Of a stretch of 64,000 nucleotides of DNA, positions 1 to 15,874 are shown piece by piece. A model generated the notes under the pieces. The model did not search any database, was not told where the DNA came from, and worked only from the letters and a program-made list of their open reading frames with translations. Each line of letters starts with the position of its first letter. Position 1 is the stretch's first letter. Position numbers and translations under genes: made by a program. Origin of the DNA: the human T2T-CHM13v2.0 reference genome, Homo sapiens; the NCBI RefSeq assembly GCF_009914755.1, contig NC_060947.1. The stretch is one strand, 5' to 3'.

Positions 1-299
1 TCGACTGCTAAAACTTTTAATTATAAAATTATAATTATAGTTAAATTTTGGATAAAAGTTGATTTATTCTTGTATCCCTGAAGTTTATTCTGTGATAGTG
101 AGATTCAGTTTCAGACAAGTATCAATTTTAATACTCAGCCATTTAACATTCATCTAAAACAGGTATTCAGTGTGACTTTATGTGTGTCTATGTCCATATT
201 CTGTTTATAAAACTAAACATTATCATAAAAATATGAAGTTCCCTAAGTCTCTAATATTCTTTTATAATGTGATTTTAAGTAAAATCAAATCATTAGACT

Positions 300-735
300 A
301 TATCATAGTTTAAATTATTTTATTGTTGGCCAGTTAGTTGCTTTCCAGATTTCTGAGTATTTATAAATGTGCTGAATATCTTGTTCATATATCTTTGATC
401 TTATCTCTGAATTTTTTCCTCTCCAGAAACCCTGGGCTACTTTCCATGCCTCTGTCTAATGTATAAGAGTGAAATTCTTATTTCAGGCCATTTTTTCTAA
501 ACCCTTGCCAACGCTGACTATTATTAGTTTTATAATTTCTGACAATTTGATAGGCAAAACTGGCATCTCATTATTAATTTATTTTACAGTCTCTTCGGTT
601 ACTTGGTCCAATTTCTTCTTTTGTGAAGTTTCTATTTGTGGCCTCTTCCTATTGTCCAATTGGTGTTAGTGTTTTTCATGTTTATTTATAAGGGTTCTCT
701 GTTTATATAGTAAGGATATTAACATTTATTCATTA
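300..735 (-). mobile_element. Ancient L1M (L1ME-like) fragment
   Basis: Degenerate reverse-strand L1 3' motifs (ttgctttccagattt, cccttgccaac, gcatctcattatt). Confidence 0.5.
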
Positions 736-1094
736 AAAATGAAAAATATCAGCTTAGAAAAGCCTTCTGTATTCTCATATGCTAGCTACTTTGATAGGCT
801 TGGATGGAGTGGGTGGAGAGAGAATGCGAGGGTGTTTACTGGGAACATTATTAGTGGGGAGCATGTTACAGTGAGCGGAAATTCAGTTCACCCTCTATAC
901 ACCTCCAGACTGATTTTCCTAAAAATAATACTGTCAACATGCCTTCTGCTCAAAATCTCCCCATTGTCTTCATCAGCCATCTACCAAAGCATAATTTTAT
1001 CAGCCAGGCACCAACATTTCTCCATATTTGGGCCTCAAGTATTTATTTTCAAATTGTGTCCAACCCAACCCAATCCAACCCAGCTCTGTCTAGA

Positions 1095-1615
1095 CTAGTC
1101 TAATGTGTTAGGTGTTGAGGATACAGAGATGACAAGGTCTCTATCTTCAAAGTGCTTGCAGACAAGGAGGGAGGGACAAATAAATAGATTTCTGACATAA
1201 ACCTCCTGTTAGGAATACATAAAAGGCATTATTGGGAAAGAGGGGACAGACAGCCTGGCTGGAAGAGACGGGTCAGGAAATCTTACCAGAAAAGAGGATG
1301 GCTAACATGCATCTTGATGAATGGACAGTTTGTCAATCAGTCAAAGACAGGTCATGGTGGAGGGGGAATAGTTTAAGAAGAGGGAAGATCAGGTGAGACT
1401 CAGTTCAGGTCAAGTGGAGGGATATGGGAGAAGTGGTCAAAGATGAGGTGGTGGGCAGGGTTCAGAGAGACTACTGCATCAAGGGGGTTGCGTTTTAACC
1501 TCAGAGTAGTGGAGAGTAATTGAAGAGTTATGAACAGAAGACTGTCTGATCAGGGTTATGCTTTAGACAAATCACCCTGGCTGCACTCTGGAGAATGAAT
1601 CAGAGGGGAAATACT
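1095..1615 (-). mobile_element. L2 LINE, left part; interrupted by a hAT fossil and resumes at about 7155
   Basis: L2 motifs: aggtgttgaggatacagagatg, aatcaccctggctgcactctggagaatgaat. Confidence 0.7.
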
Positions 1616-2642
1616 TAGAGGGACTATAGGTCTGGGTTGGCCTGAGGCAGTTTTGATTTACACCTGTTGTCCTGGGATTCTGCCCAGTTTAGCATTTGCT
1701 GTAGGTTTTTCATTTTTAAATCAAGTATTTTTATTAATAAGCATTAAAACAAGTTGGGGCAAATTTGGTAAACCTCCATTTAGTACTTTCGTTTTCTGTC
1801 ATAGTCTTATCTAGTATTGAGATGAATATTCACTGAGCAGACGTCTTTATCATGCAGTTAAATCTGGAATAAAACCAATGAGCCTGCCTCTCTTCTCCCT
1901 GCCCTTTCCAGATGCAAGGTGGTTAATATCTGCCTCTCAATGAAGGGGAACATGCAGGTTGTTCCCTGATAAGACCAAGTGGTTCTGACATTAGCAGCAG
2001 GGGTGATCAAAGTCCTTCTGGTCTCTGGTGGTGATGGGAGAAATATTTGAAGCCACTGTTCCTGCCAGCCTCTTTGTCTACCAGCCAGTTGCTGTGACTC
2101 ATGCTGCAGCCTGAGACATATGTGAATCTGCCTAGGCTACCTCTTGGCAGTGTCAGTGAGAAACATGGAACAACATAGGTTAGATGTATGTGAGGTATAT
2201 GCAGGAAAGAAAGGCTGAGCAATTATGCTATGGAGGATAGAAAGAGTCATCTCAATGCTTTTCCCACAGGGGTTTTATCATTTATTGTACAACACGAACC
2301 TATATCTATTTACTTATTTATTGTATTGTTAGCTAATGCTTATTTTTTTGTTTTTGCAATAAATCCTTTTGGCAGCAATGAACTCAAGGCAATGTTAAGC
2401 AAAAAATGAAATACTGAATTCTCACCTCTCAAGAACGTTGATGTTGAGGGTGTAATCTGCACAAAGTGTTTGTGGACATTTATCACCTGTCATGGAGGCC
2501 ATAGAAATGTCACTGACCTCATGGAAAACAGAAGGCACAAAGCTGCTGAAGAAGCATTATTATCTGCTTCAAAAGTAGTTGTCACCATGAGAAGACTGCC
2601 TGGAGATGGTGATTTACCACATGCAGCTGCAGATGGTGTGTT

Positions 2643-4065
2643 CTGGCTGCCCCTGGCATTTGTGGGCCTGGGGCAAGAGGACAAATGAAAGCCTACATTC
2701 CATTAGGTTTAAATATTTACAAGTTATAAATCAAGCAAGCAAGCTGTTAAATAAAATATGCTGTATACTCCTATCTTAACAAAAACACCTTCATTATGAC
2801 AAAAATTTTTAAAAATATGTAAAGCTATGGTTTTTATATGCAGTTGGCAAAAACTGAAAGATGACTGAACTTAAATATTGAACACATCTGAGTGTTGTCT
2901 TGATGGCTTGGCAAAGTTTAGAAGAGTAATACAAGTAAACTAATATGTAATTCATAAATTAATATATATTTATCCCATAAAATTTAGTGTTCTTTCCTTC
3001 ATTTCAGCAAAATCATTAATATTTTTATATTCAAGATTTTCATATAATTTGCATTCTATTGATAGTAAAAATCTAAAGGATTAAAAACTAAAATCTAATT
3101 ACATTCAAAAGTATAAAATTTGAATTCATGTTCATCCAAATGTGTAAATTAAAGTTAATTTAAAATATTAAAAAAAGTGACTTTTCATGTTCTTAAAAAT
3201 ATTTTTCTTAGAAAATATTACAAATTATCAATTAAAATAAAAGGTAACATGCAAGTTATAATGCATATCATGAAATTTTAAAATCAAAATTAAATAAAGG
3301 TGAAATTTTTTATTCAATCTTTGAAATTGAAATTAAAATCCAACTATATTAAGGAATTTTATAAAAATAAAACCATTCAAAATTCTGAGGTTCAGTGTCT
3401 GTCTAGTTGTCAGTTTAAAGAACCTGAAGCATGCTTCATCCATGTTACAGCTGGATTTATATATACTTGTACATAAATATATAAAACTAAATAAATGTAT
3501 GTATATGTGGACACATACATTTAAGAATAATATGAACTGTTTAATATTGGAAAATATTACAAAGAGGAACTAAATCATTAGTATCTCTGGAATCAAGAAG
3601 TGCAACGAAAAGAAAAGCAAGGTGCTCAGCAATAATGGAAAATGATGCTTGGTCGTGAGTAAATCCATGGCATTCTCTCTATCTGTGGGGAAACACATTT
3701 GACAAGTTAATTAATTTCCTTTTTCTCTTATATAAGTGTCTCCACTGCTCACCTCCTCCTTGCACTCTAAAACTGTTTCTGTCTCTGATTTCAGTAACAG
3801 CATTTGGACGCAGTTGCTTTTTCTTTCTAGAACACTGGGAAGGAGTTGTGGAAAAAAGATTTCCGAGCTTTGAAAAGTATGTCTTGAGTGTGGACGTTTA
3901 GGGTGTTGGTTCGCAGTCTACCAGCACTGAATTTGGGATCTTCAGTGACAGAACTGCCCATCAGTTTTTAAATGTACTTATTTTTTGATGTGTGTCTGTG
4001 ATATGCAAGCCTCCCTAGAGTTCGGGACCCAGCAGGGGTCCTCCTTGTCCTTGTCTAAGGGTATG
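2643..4065. mobile_element. hAT-Tip100 element (Zaphod/MER115-like) nested in the transposase
   Basis: Termini gggcctggggcaagaggacaaatg and cagcaggggtcctccttgtccttgtctaagggt; the host reading frame resumes after it. Confidence 0.6.
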
Positions 4066-4151
4066 TACAAATCACTTCATGCAGCATATATTTTCATTGA
4101 GCTCTACTGGCTGAACTTTATTTCAGGTTTTTCTTGTGCACAAGAAAAAGC

Positions 4152-4912
4152 TCATCATCACTGGTCATTAGAGAAATGCAAATCAAAACCACAGTGAGCT
4201 ACCATCTCACGCCAATTAGAATGGCAATCATTAAAAAGTCAGGAAACATGCTGGAGAGGTTGTAGAGAAATAGGAATGGTTTTACACTGTTGGTGGGAGT
4301 GTAAATTAGTTCAACCATTGTGGAATACAGTGTGGTGATTCCTCAAGGATCTAGAACTAGAAATACCATTTGACCCAGCAATCCTATTACTGGGTATATA
4401 CCCAAAGGATTATAAATCATTCTATTATAAAGACACATGCACGTGTATGTTTATTGCAGCACTGTTTACAATAGCAAAGACTTGAAACCAACCCAAATGC
4501 CCATCAATGATAGACTGGATAAAGAAAATGTGGCACATATACACCATGGAATACTATGCAGCCATAAAAAAGGATGAGTTCATGTCCTTTGCAGGGACAT
4601 GGATGAAGCTGGAAACCATCATTCTCAGCAAACTAACACAGGAACAGAAAACCAGACACCACATGTTCTCACTCATAAGTGGGAGTTGAACAATGAGAAC
4701 ACATGGACACAGAAAGGGGAACATCACACACTGGGGCCTGTCGGGGGGTGGGGGAAAAGGGGAGGGATAGCATTAGGAGAAATACCTAATGTAGATTATG
4801 GGTTGATGGGTGCAGCAAACCACCATGGCACATGTATACCTATGTAACAAACCTGCACGTTCTGCACATGTATCCCAGAACTTAAAGTATACAAAGACAA
4901 AAAAAAAAAAAA
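4152..4912 (+). mobile_element. 5'-truncated L1PA (about PA6-PA8), ORF2 end + 3'UTR + polyA
   Basis: MIDWIKKMW...SLISGS, G-rich 3'UTR, polyA; short TSD aaaaagc (4145-4151 / 4913-4919). Confidence 0.93.
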
Positions 4913-5159
4913 AAAAAGCCAAGCAATAGCTGTCAATGTGTTAGCTCCATCTGAAGATGAAGTTTACAGATAAATGACACCAGTTTTCTATTCGTGTCTT
5001 CAGATGCTTCGAAGAAAAAAGAATCAGTTCATTCCAATTATAATTCGATATTTTCAGCCAACTCATGGATCTAAAACAAGCTTTTGGAGGTTCATTCTAT
5101 CAAAGGTGAAACATCTGTTATTATTGTAAACGCTATAGTAAATTCATATTAAAAGTTCA

Positions 5160-5533
<374 letters not shown>

Positions 5534-6444
5534 TTATTTGTTTTGGGGATGACGGTTAAAACACAAATTTTGGTGCAGCACAACATCATGATGAAAACAA
5601 TGTTCTTACTAAAATTTAAAAATCTATGGAAGTGAACTATACTTGGAATTAGTCATGGTGCATACATAATTCATAATTACGTACAAACAAGCTGCAATAT
5701 TATACCAATCAAAATAGAAGCTGTAGTTGTCAAAATTTACAAATATTTCTATTTATACAATGTTAGAGTAACTGAAATACAAAAATTTTATGACAAAACT
5801 GATGTTGAATTAAAAATACTTAGCATGACAGTACGTGCGTCATCGAGCGGATTTTAGAAATGTTTTGCCTTTGAAGAACTACTTTGCAAATCAATCTAAG
5901 TGTCCTACATTGGCATTGAACAGTTTTATGAGTCCTCTAAATCTTATTTCATTGTTGTCTCAAAGCCATTTGGAAATGTTTAATCAAAGTATTCAAAGAA
6001 AGCTCACATTTGAAGATTTTAGAAAAGTAAAATCATTGAGAACAAAGCTTTCAAATGAAAGACATTGAGATTTATCCCTTCAAAACAAGAGGGAAACTAA
6101 ATAAATTAAATAACGAGAGTTCAAATGATTTATAAGATTTAGTTTCACAATTCTGTAATTGAATGTTAGAATATCTTAACTCTGAAGTGGCTTTTGATGA
6201 AGCTGCTATTTTTAATTGGAAAAATTTATAGTTTGTACCAAAACAAATTGAAATTGAGCAGCCTCTGAGTTGGGCAAAGCAGTAAAAAGATCATAGGGAT
6301 AATTTATTTAATCAGTTTTGTCTCATAAAAATACTTGTCAAAGAAAGGTATTCCAAATGGAGTAAAAAAGACACTACCTAAGAAAATATTTGGGCTTATA
6401 TATTTATATATCAATAAAAAATAACTTGAGAATATCTTCCAGAT

Positions 6445-6830
6445 ATTCCACTTTATACCCACTAGGATGGCTATAATAAAAAACAAACGAGCAAACGAAA
6501 ACTGAAAAGTAAGCGTTGGCAAGGATGTGTAGAAATTGGAACCCTCATACACTGGTGGTGGGAATGTAAAATGGTGCAGCCCCTATGAAAAGTAGTTTGG
6601 CAGCTCCTCAAAAAGTTAAACATAGAGTTACCATTTGACCTATCAGTTGCACTCCTAGGTATATACCCAAGAGAATTGAAAACATGTGTTCACGTAAAAA
6701 CTTGTACATGAATGCTCATAGCAGCATTATTCATAATAGCCAAAATGTGAAACAACCCTTATGTCCATCAACTGATGAATGGATAACCAAATGTGGTCTT
6801 TCCACAGAATGAAATATTATTCAGAGATGT
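6445..6830 (+). mobile_element. L1MB-type ORF2-end fragment
   Basis: cccactaggatggctataataaaa...gttggcaaggatgtgtagaaattggaaccctcatac. Confidence 0.85.
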
Positions 6831-7154
6831 ATATGGTGAAGAAACCAATTAAAGTATGTCAGTATGTATATGTCAATATGTACCGAGAACGATTTCTGCT
6901 TGTGTGTGTTTAATGGTCACAGAATAAATATAGCTTAAGAGTTTTTGGTTTAATATGCATAGATATACATAACTTTTATTATTAGAAATAATTTCACTTA
7001 AAAATAGTTTCTGAATAGAACTATTTTATAGTTTTATTCTATTGCAATATAATAATGCCAATTTATTGATCAAGTAAACATTTCTAAAATTACATATTTT
7101 TAATTCTTTTTGGTTATCCTTTTTACTGAACTGTCCCAATAAATTATCACACTA

Positions 7155-7460
7155 TGGATGTTGGAAGTACTAAGACCAGTTAGGAGGTTACTGCCTCCAG
7201 GTAAGAAATGAGGATGGCTTGAACTAAGGCAGAAGCTGTGGGGATAGATAGAATTGGATAGGTCTGGAGATATTTAGGAGGTAGAAGTGACAGGATTTGG
7301 TGGCTGGTTGGAAACTGAAGTTGAAGGAAAGGAAAGTGTAGAATGATCCTCCAATTTTTGGTTTGGGTAGATGGTGGTATTATTTACTTTGGGAATACAA
7401 AAGGAGGAGCAGGTTTAGTGGGAGAATTCAGTTTTGGACATGTGGAATTTACGATACTTG
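7155..7460 (-). mobile_element. L2, continuation of the 1095-1615 element
   Basis: agaccagttaggaggttactg...cagttttggacatgtggaattt. Confidence 0.75.
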
Positions 7461-7862
7461 CTTAAAACTCTTCAATGATTTCCTAATGACTTTCCATTAT
7501 CCTTAGAATTAAGATAGAAATCCTTGAAATCCTAAAAAACTGGCATATAAACAGACTTGGAAGCAATTCGTTCTCAAGATGGGGAAAAGAGCTGGGAACA
7601 AGGCAGTATTTAGTGGTTAGGAGATAATAACACAAGGCTGAGATGTGGTCACAGAGGAGGCAAAAGATAAGAATGTGGTGCTGGGATTGGCTAGGAATGT
7701 AGGACCGGCAGAAAGGGTTCATTCAAGTTGGCAAGCAAGTGACTTAGTGTTACTTTAGGATGGTTTGTAGAGCAACCTTCGGAGCTAAGTGGAACAGGGA
7801 ATCATGCTGAGTAGGGATTCCTGATACACGTGCACTCCCCCCACCCACGCCATGCTGAAAAC

Positions 7863-8024
7863 CAGGGCTGGTACTAGGGTGAGGCAAGAGAGCTGCCAAG
7901 GCACAAAATTTAAAGTGGCACTCACTTTCAGGTGTGGACAAGTACACCTGAGACCCCGAGAGTGAGTGCCTCCTTAAATTTTGTACCCTAGGTGCTTATC
8001 TTGCCTCACTCTAGTCCAGGTTCT
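7863..8024. mobile_element. MER96-like palindromic hAT MITE
   Basis: cagggctggtactagggtgaggc...aaaatttaaag..gcactcact / agtgagtgcctccttaaatttt; self-complementary. Confidence 0.8.
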
Positions 8025-8084
8025 ACTGAAAACACTTTTTCTATACCTTAACATGAATTATCAAATCTAGCCGAACGTCATGGT

Positions 8085-8250
8085 CCCCTAGGGAATTATT
8101 CTTAGTGTTTTTTTTTTTTAAATGCAGATTTCTATATCCCCACTTCAAATATACTGAATTAGAATCTCCGAGGGTAGAATTCATCAATCTGCATTTTTAA
8201 AAATGACTTAGGTGATTATTATACACGAGGTCTATAGGATCCACTGGTCT
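8085..8250. mobile_element. MER5-family hAT-Charlie
   Basis: aaatgcagatt...tactgaattagaatctc...atctgcatttttaa. Confidence 0.7.
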
Positions 8251-8651
8251 TTAGCACTTCCTTCATGCATCTGACCTCACATATTAACAGTAAGATCCTG
8301 GTGGGTAATTGGGTTGGGGATACTAATAGTACACACTCCTTGGTCATATGCATTGTGAACCAACTGAGAAATAGATGCAGGATCCATGTGGCAATTAAAT
8401 AATAGCATCATTGGCCAAAGAAGAAACTGCAAGGGAAATTAGAAAATACTTGGAATTGAATGTATCAAAAATTGTGGGATGCTTGTAACACAGTGCCTAG
8501 AGGAAAATCTATAGCATTGAATGCTTACATTAGAAATTTTAAAAAGATTGTCAAATCAATGGGTCAAATTTCTACCTTAAGAAACTAGTAAAAGAAGAGC
8601 AAATTAAATCCAAAGCAAGGAGGATGAAGGAAATAATAAAAATAAGAGTGA

Positions 8652-8915
8652 TTTCAGCATTTTGGGAGGCCAAAGTGGGAGGATTGCTTGAGGCCAGGAG
8701 TTTGAGACCAGCCTAGGCAGACCCCATCTCTACAAAAAAAAAAAAAAAAAAAAAAATTAGCTGGGCATGGTGGCACACACCATGCTACTCAAGAGGCTGA
8801 GGAGGGAGAATCACTTGAGCTCAGGAGGTCGAGGCTATAGTGAGCTATGATCACACCACTGCACTCTAGCCTGGGCAACAGAGTGAGATCCTGTCTCAAA
8901 ATAATAATAATAATA
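8652..8915 (+). mobile_element. AluJ-type, 5'-truncated
   Basis: ggaggattgcttgaggccaggagttt, gaggtcgaggctatagtgagctatgat. Confidence 0.92.
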
Positions 8916-9118
8916 GCAGAAATCAATGAAATAGAAAACAGAAAAAAATAGAGAAAATCAATGAAACTAAAAGTTGGCTTGAAAAGATCAATAAAATTTA
9001 TAAACTTCTAGCCAGACTGATCAAGAAAAACAGAGAAGATACAAATTACTAATATCAGGAATTAAAGAAAGGACATCACTAAAGATCACATAGACATTAA
9101 AGGGACAATAAAAGAATA

Positions 9119-9469
9119 CAGTTGGCCCTCTGTATCCATGAATTCTGCATCCACAGACTCAACCAACTGTGGGTATAAAATATAGTAATCACCGAATGCA
9201 GAATTCGTGGACGCCAAAGTCAGACTTTTCATATGTAAGAGTTCCACAGGGCCAATTGGGGGACTTGAGCATCTGAGTATTTTCATATTGGGGGTGGGGG
9301 TCCTGGAACCAATCCAATTACAAGTGAGAATATGTAGTGTTTGGTTTTTTTTTCCTGTGTTGCTAAGGATAATGGCCTCCAGCTCCATCCATGTTCCCAC
9401 AAAAGACATGATCTCATTGTTTTTAAATGACTGCATGGTATTCCATGGTGTATAGGTGCCACAAGACTG
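9119..9469. mobile_element. MER2-like Tigger MITE with an internal L1 patch
   Basis: ta-cagttggccctctgtatcc...ggggtcctggaaccaatcc, then L1 sequence, then a residual gactg. Confidence 0.75.
9318..9463 (-). mobile_element. Internal L1PA fragment with no tail and no TSD
   Basis: Encodes [19 protein letters not shown] on the minus strand. Confidence 0.85.
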
Positions 9470-9858
9470 TTTTGCGGACAGCCTTAGGCCAATACATTTT
9501 ATAAACTAGATAAAAAATTTTGAAAGGCACAAATTATCAAAAGCTCACTCAAGAAGAAATGAATATTAGGATCACCTTAAAGCTATTAAATAAATTGCTT
9601 TCACAGTGTAAAACCTCCCTCTCCCCCACCCAAAAAAACTTTATTGGTGACTTCTACTAAACACTTAAGGAAACAATAATACCATTGCTATACAACCTCT
9701 TCCATCAAATAGGAGTAAAATTTTCTCAATTTACTTTATGAGGTCAGCATTACCCTGTTACTGAAACCACACAAAGACATAAGAAGAAAAGAAATCTGTA
9801 GCCTAATATCCCTCATGAACACAGTTGCAAAAATTCTGAACAAAATGTTAGCATATCA

Positions 9859-10338
<480 letters not shown>

Positions 10339-10913
10339 AACAAAATGTTAGCATATCAAATCCAGCAACCTATGAAAATACTACACCTCAAAGAAGTGGG
10401 GTTTATTTCAGGAATGCAAGGTTGTTTCAATCAATAAAATTTGCCATATTAACAGATTAAGAAGAAAAATATTATTTTGATTGTTGCAAATTTTTTTTGA
10501 CAAAATTCAACACTCATTTTTTGTAAAAACTCTCAGAGCACTAGGAATAGAAGGGAATTTCCTCAACCTGGTAAGGGGCATCTCTGACAAATCTACAGTT
10601 AAATTTAATGGCGAAAGGCTATGCTTCCTCCCTTGGATCAAGAACGATACAAGTATATTGTGTCGGCCATTTCTATTCAACATTGTACTGAAGGTCCTAG
10701 CTAGTATAAGAAGGCAAGAAAAAAGAAATAAAGGCATACAGATTGGAAAGGAAGAAATAAAACTGTTTTTGTGAACAGACAAAATGATTGTCTAGGTAGA
10801 AAATTTAAAAGAATCTACCAAAAAGCTACTAAAACTCATAAGTGAGTTTAGCAAGATTGCATGATACAATATCAAAATACACTATCCTAGCAATGAATAT
10901 ATATATATATATT

Positions 10914-11223
<310 letters not shown>

Positions 11224-11229
11224 AAATAT

Positions 11230-12573
<1,344 letters not shown>

Positions 12574-12927
12574 CCTAACAATAAAAAATTGGAAATTGAA
12601 ATAAACAATATCATTTACAATATTGTCAAAAACGTGAAATATTTAGGTATAAATGTAACAAAATATGTGCAAGATTTTAATGCTGAACATTAGAAAACAT
12701 TGCTGAGAAAAGCTAAAGACCTAAATAAATGGAGTGATATAGCACATTTATGGATTGGAAGACTCAATATTAAGATGCCAATTCCCTCTGATCTATAGAT
12801 TTAATGCAATCCCAATAAAAATCCCTGCAGAGTGGTGGAAGTTTGGAAGTTTGGAAGTTGATTCAAAAATTTGTATTCATGTGCAAAAATACAGCATCAG
12901 CTTTGTTAGATAAAATAATGCCGGAAA

Positions 12928-13165
12928 ACATTTATTGAATGTTTACTGTGTGCCAGGTATTGCTTCACATACTTTGAGTGTATTGAGAAATCTAGTTTTC
13001 ACAACAATCCTCTGAGGAAAGAAAACAGTCTTATCCCAGTTTATTGATATACAAACAGAGCACACAGAGTGAGAGTAACTTGTTTGAGTTTATCAGCTTT
13101 TGGTTTGGAGAGTTTGCCATTGAACCCAGGCAATTGGAATCCAGAGTTCAGCCTTTTAATTACCT
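12928..13165 (-). mobile_element. MIR
   Basis: acatttattgaatgtttactgtgtgccagg...cacaacaatcctctgagg. Confidence 0.75.
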
Positions 13166-13179
13166 GTAATCACCAGTTT

Positions 13180-13500
13180 CTGTATCAACTAGCTATTGTT
13201 GCAACCAACCACAAAAATCTCAGTGGCAAATGATAATAAGCTTTAAGTTTCCACATGTCTGCAGGTTGGTGGGGGCAGCTTTACTGATTTCAGCTAGACT
13301 CAGCTGGGTAGCTCCAACTGTAGGGTGAGTTGAGGGTTTCTTCATATGTCTCTCATCCTTCTTGAATTATTGGCTTAATCATGGTCTGTTCTTCTCATGG
13401 CGATAAAAGAAGCAAGAAAGAGGGACTCCCATCAGAACTAAGGCCCACATCAATCTGTCTCCTATTTTGGGCTTTAATTGCCCAAGTCAAGGGAGGGAAA
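13180..13500 (-). mobile_element. MLT1-family MaLR solo LTR
   Basis: tgtatcaactagctattg...aaaatctcagtggc. Confidence 0.55.
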
Positions 13501-14196
13501 AGTAGAAAACGGAAGGTCTCTTTTGCAAGGCAAGGAAGTCCCGCCCTGATGTGCTCATAATGGGGAAAAGAATGCAAGGCCTAGGAGCTCCTTCCATAGG
13601 CCGGCTGGATCAAGAAAGTCAGATGAAGAGGGGGGGCATTTCTGCTCACTGACATTTTTGCCACCTGAGGAAAGATGAATGGATGTCAGACTTCTGTCTG
13701 TATTCATGAAATGTCTCATGGAGGAGGGGAGTGTGGGGTGAAAGCTTCTGTCTACCCCTTCTACCGCTTCTGAGGAAGTGTTAGGAGAAGTTACTATGTA
13801 AGGGCCAAGGAGGCACAGAAAGAGAATAACCTTTTCTCGTATAGAAGGCAAGGACTGGGTTCTTTACATCTTAGTATCCCTCTTCTGACATGGAAGTTTC
13901 CTAAGAAGTGTAGTCGAACAATAAGTGAAATTCGCATTTTCCATTCTTGAAGAAGAACCTCCAAAATTTCCCTCTCTGAAACCTTACTTCCTGGGGGTTC
14001 CACTTGGCCTGGCAACAGAAACCGTGTTTGCTTTCTGAAGAGTATTTTGGCCATCTGTTTTGGTTGCCCTGAGTTACTCCAATATAGCCGCGAAGAAGCT
14101 TGTCCTGCTGAGGTTTATCACTGATTGCAAAACTAACCCTGGCTAGCAAAACTGGCAAATTCTGCTTAGTGAGTGTGTGTTTTTGTTGTGTGTATG

Positions 14197-14198
<2 letters not shown>

Positions 14199-14248
<50 letters not shown>
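14199..14248. repeat. (GT)25 microsatellite
   Basis: Perfect dinucleotide run. Confidence 0.98.
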
Positions 14249-14251
<3 letters not shown>

Positions 14252-15104
14252 GAGCAGAGTTTCCATAGAAAAAAAGAAAGGCAAGATGTTGCCCAGCTGT
14301 ATTGTCCTGGCAGGACTTCTTCACATAATTCTCCTGGAAGTTTCTGCAATGTTTCTTTCCCTTCCTGTCTCCCTGTTTCTATAGAACTGTGAAGATTTAC
14401 TGAGTCTCTCCAGCTGTAGCCTAAATTCCTCACTGAGACAGTTTCAGACTGCCTATTCTGAGGTGGGAAGGTGTAGGATGGGAGGTGGGGAGGCTTGTGC
14501 CCTTATTATATAAACTGATCATTATTGGAAGAAAAAAAGCTGAATCCCTCAGAAATGTTAAGACGTCTGCTTTGACCACACCCTCAGAAGCTAGCACTAT
14601 TGCTCTGGGTTAAGGGCAATAGCATTTCTTGTAAGCCAGTTTTTAACCTCTTTTGAACCCTCAGCGGCACAGAATTTCAGGGCTTGACTACAGTGGATTC
14701 TATCTGAAATGGCCTTCAAGAATTGTTCCACAGAAATACATGGACAGAAATAGGTGTTCTTTGGTCAAATTCAGTGTGGGGAATTTTCAGTCTATATGAC
14801 TCTTCCAAAAAAATAGTCCAGAAATATGTAAAATGATTTGAATTGTTCCCATTTAGTTCAAATTCTACTACTCTGTGAGCTCCTTAAGATCAAGAAATGT
14901 GCCTTGTGGTAATTCAGCACTTAACAGACACCTGGCAGAGATAATAAATGTGAGTGAATGAATGCATGAAATAATGAAATATCACATCCTCAATAAAGTT
15001 TTTTCCTCCCTGAAATAACTAGCATTTCTGGGAATTTTGTCATTAAAAAAGTTCCGCTTCAATTGCCAACTACTATATCATTTATAAAATTATTACTGCA
15101 CAGA

Positions 15105-15530
15105 AATTATCTATTTCTGTGTAACAAACTACCCCCAAATTTAGTAGCTTCAAAATAATAACCATTTATTATTTCTCATGATTTTCAGGGTTGACTGGAC
15201 TCAGCTGAGTAATTCTTCTGCTTCATGTGATATTGACTGGGCTGTAATCAACTAGGGGCTTGACCGGGCTGGGCATCACAATGGCTCACTAACATGGCAG
15301 ATGGCTTCCAAAAGGGAGTGTCTTAAGTGTGACTATTTGAAGAGAGAGGAAACAAAAGTGGAAGCTGCCCAGTCCTCTTACAGGGTAGGCAAAGAATTGG
15401 CTCAGTACTATTTCTGCTGCCTTCTGTTGGTAAGCAGCCACGGAGCCATCCCTGATTCAAGGGGAGGGGAAATAAACTCCACCTTTTGAGGGGAGAGTGA
15501 CAAATAATTTCTAGCCATCTTTAATTCACC
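15105..15530 (-). mobile_element. MLT1-family LTR
   Basis: tgtgtaacaaactacccccaaatttagtagctt...gattcaaggggagggaaataaactccacc. Confidence 0.75.
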
Positions 15531-15874
15531 CTATTGTCTATGTAATAATTGACATGGAGAATAAAACAATGGTAAGAGGCGAGAGTAAAGTAGGATGAGT
15601 GAAAAGATTGCATCAGGGGAGCGAACTAGTTAATTAGATTGGATGTTGGTAAACAATTAATCTGAATTAATTGAAAGCCGAGCCTGACATGAATATTGTA
15701 AAAGAGATTGCTGAAAAATCAATAAACATCTTTGAAGAATTATGGAAAGCAGGGATGTCCCAGAAATCTGGAGACAGGTAAATGTCATTGCCATTTTCAA
15801 AAATGTAAAGAAAGTGGAATCACTGCAAAATTTGATTTTGATTCCAAGCAAGATGCTAAAAGATATTATTAGAA

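Noticed and set aside
12837-12859. (ggaagttt)x3 as an ETS site cluster
   Set aside because: A slippage repeat at the edge of a decayed L1M, with no supporting context.
13901-14433. THTHTH / VCVCVC ORFs
   Set aside because: Translation of the (GT)25 microsatellite.
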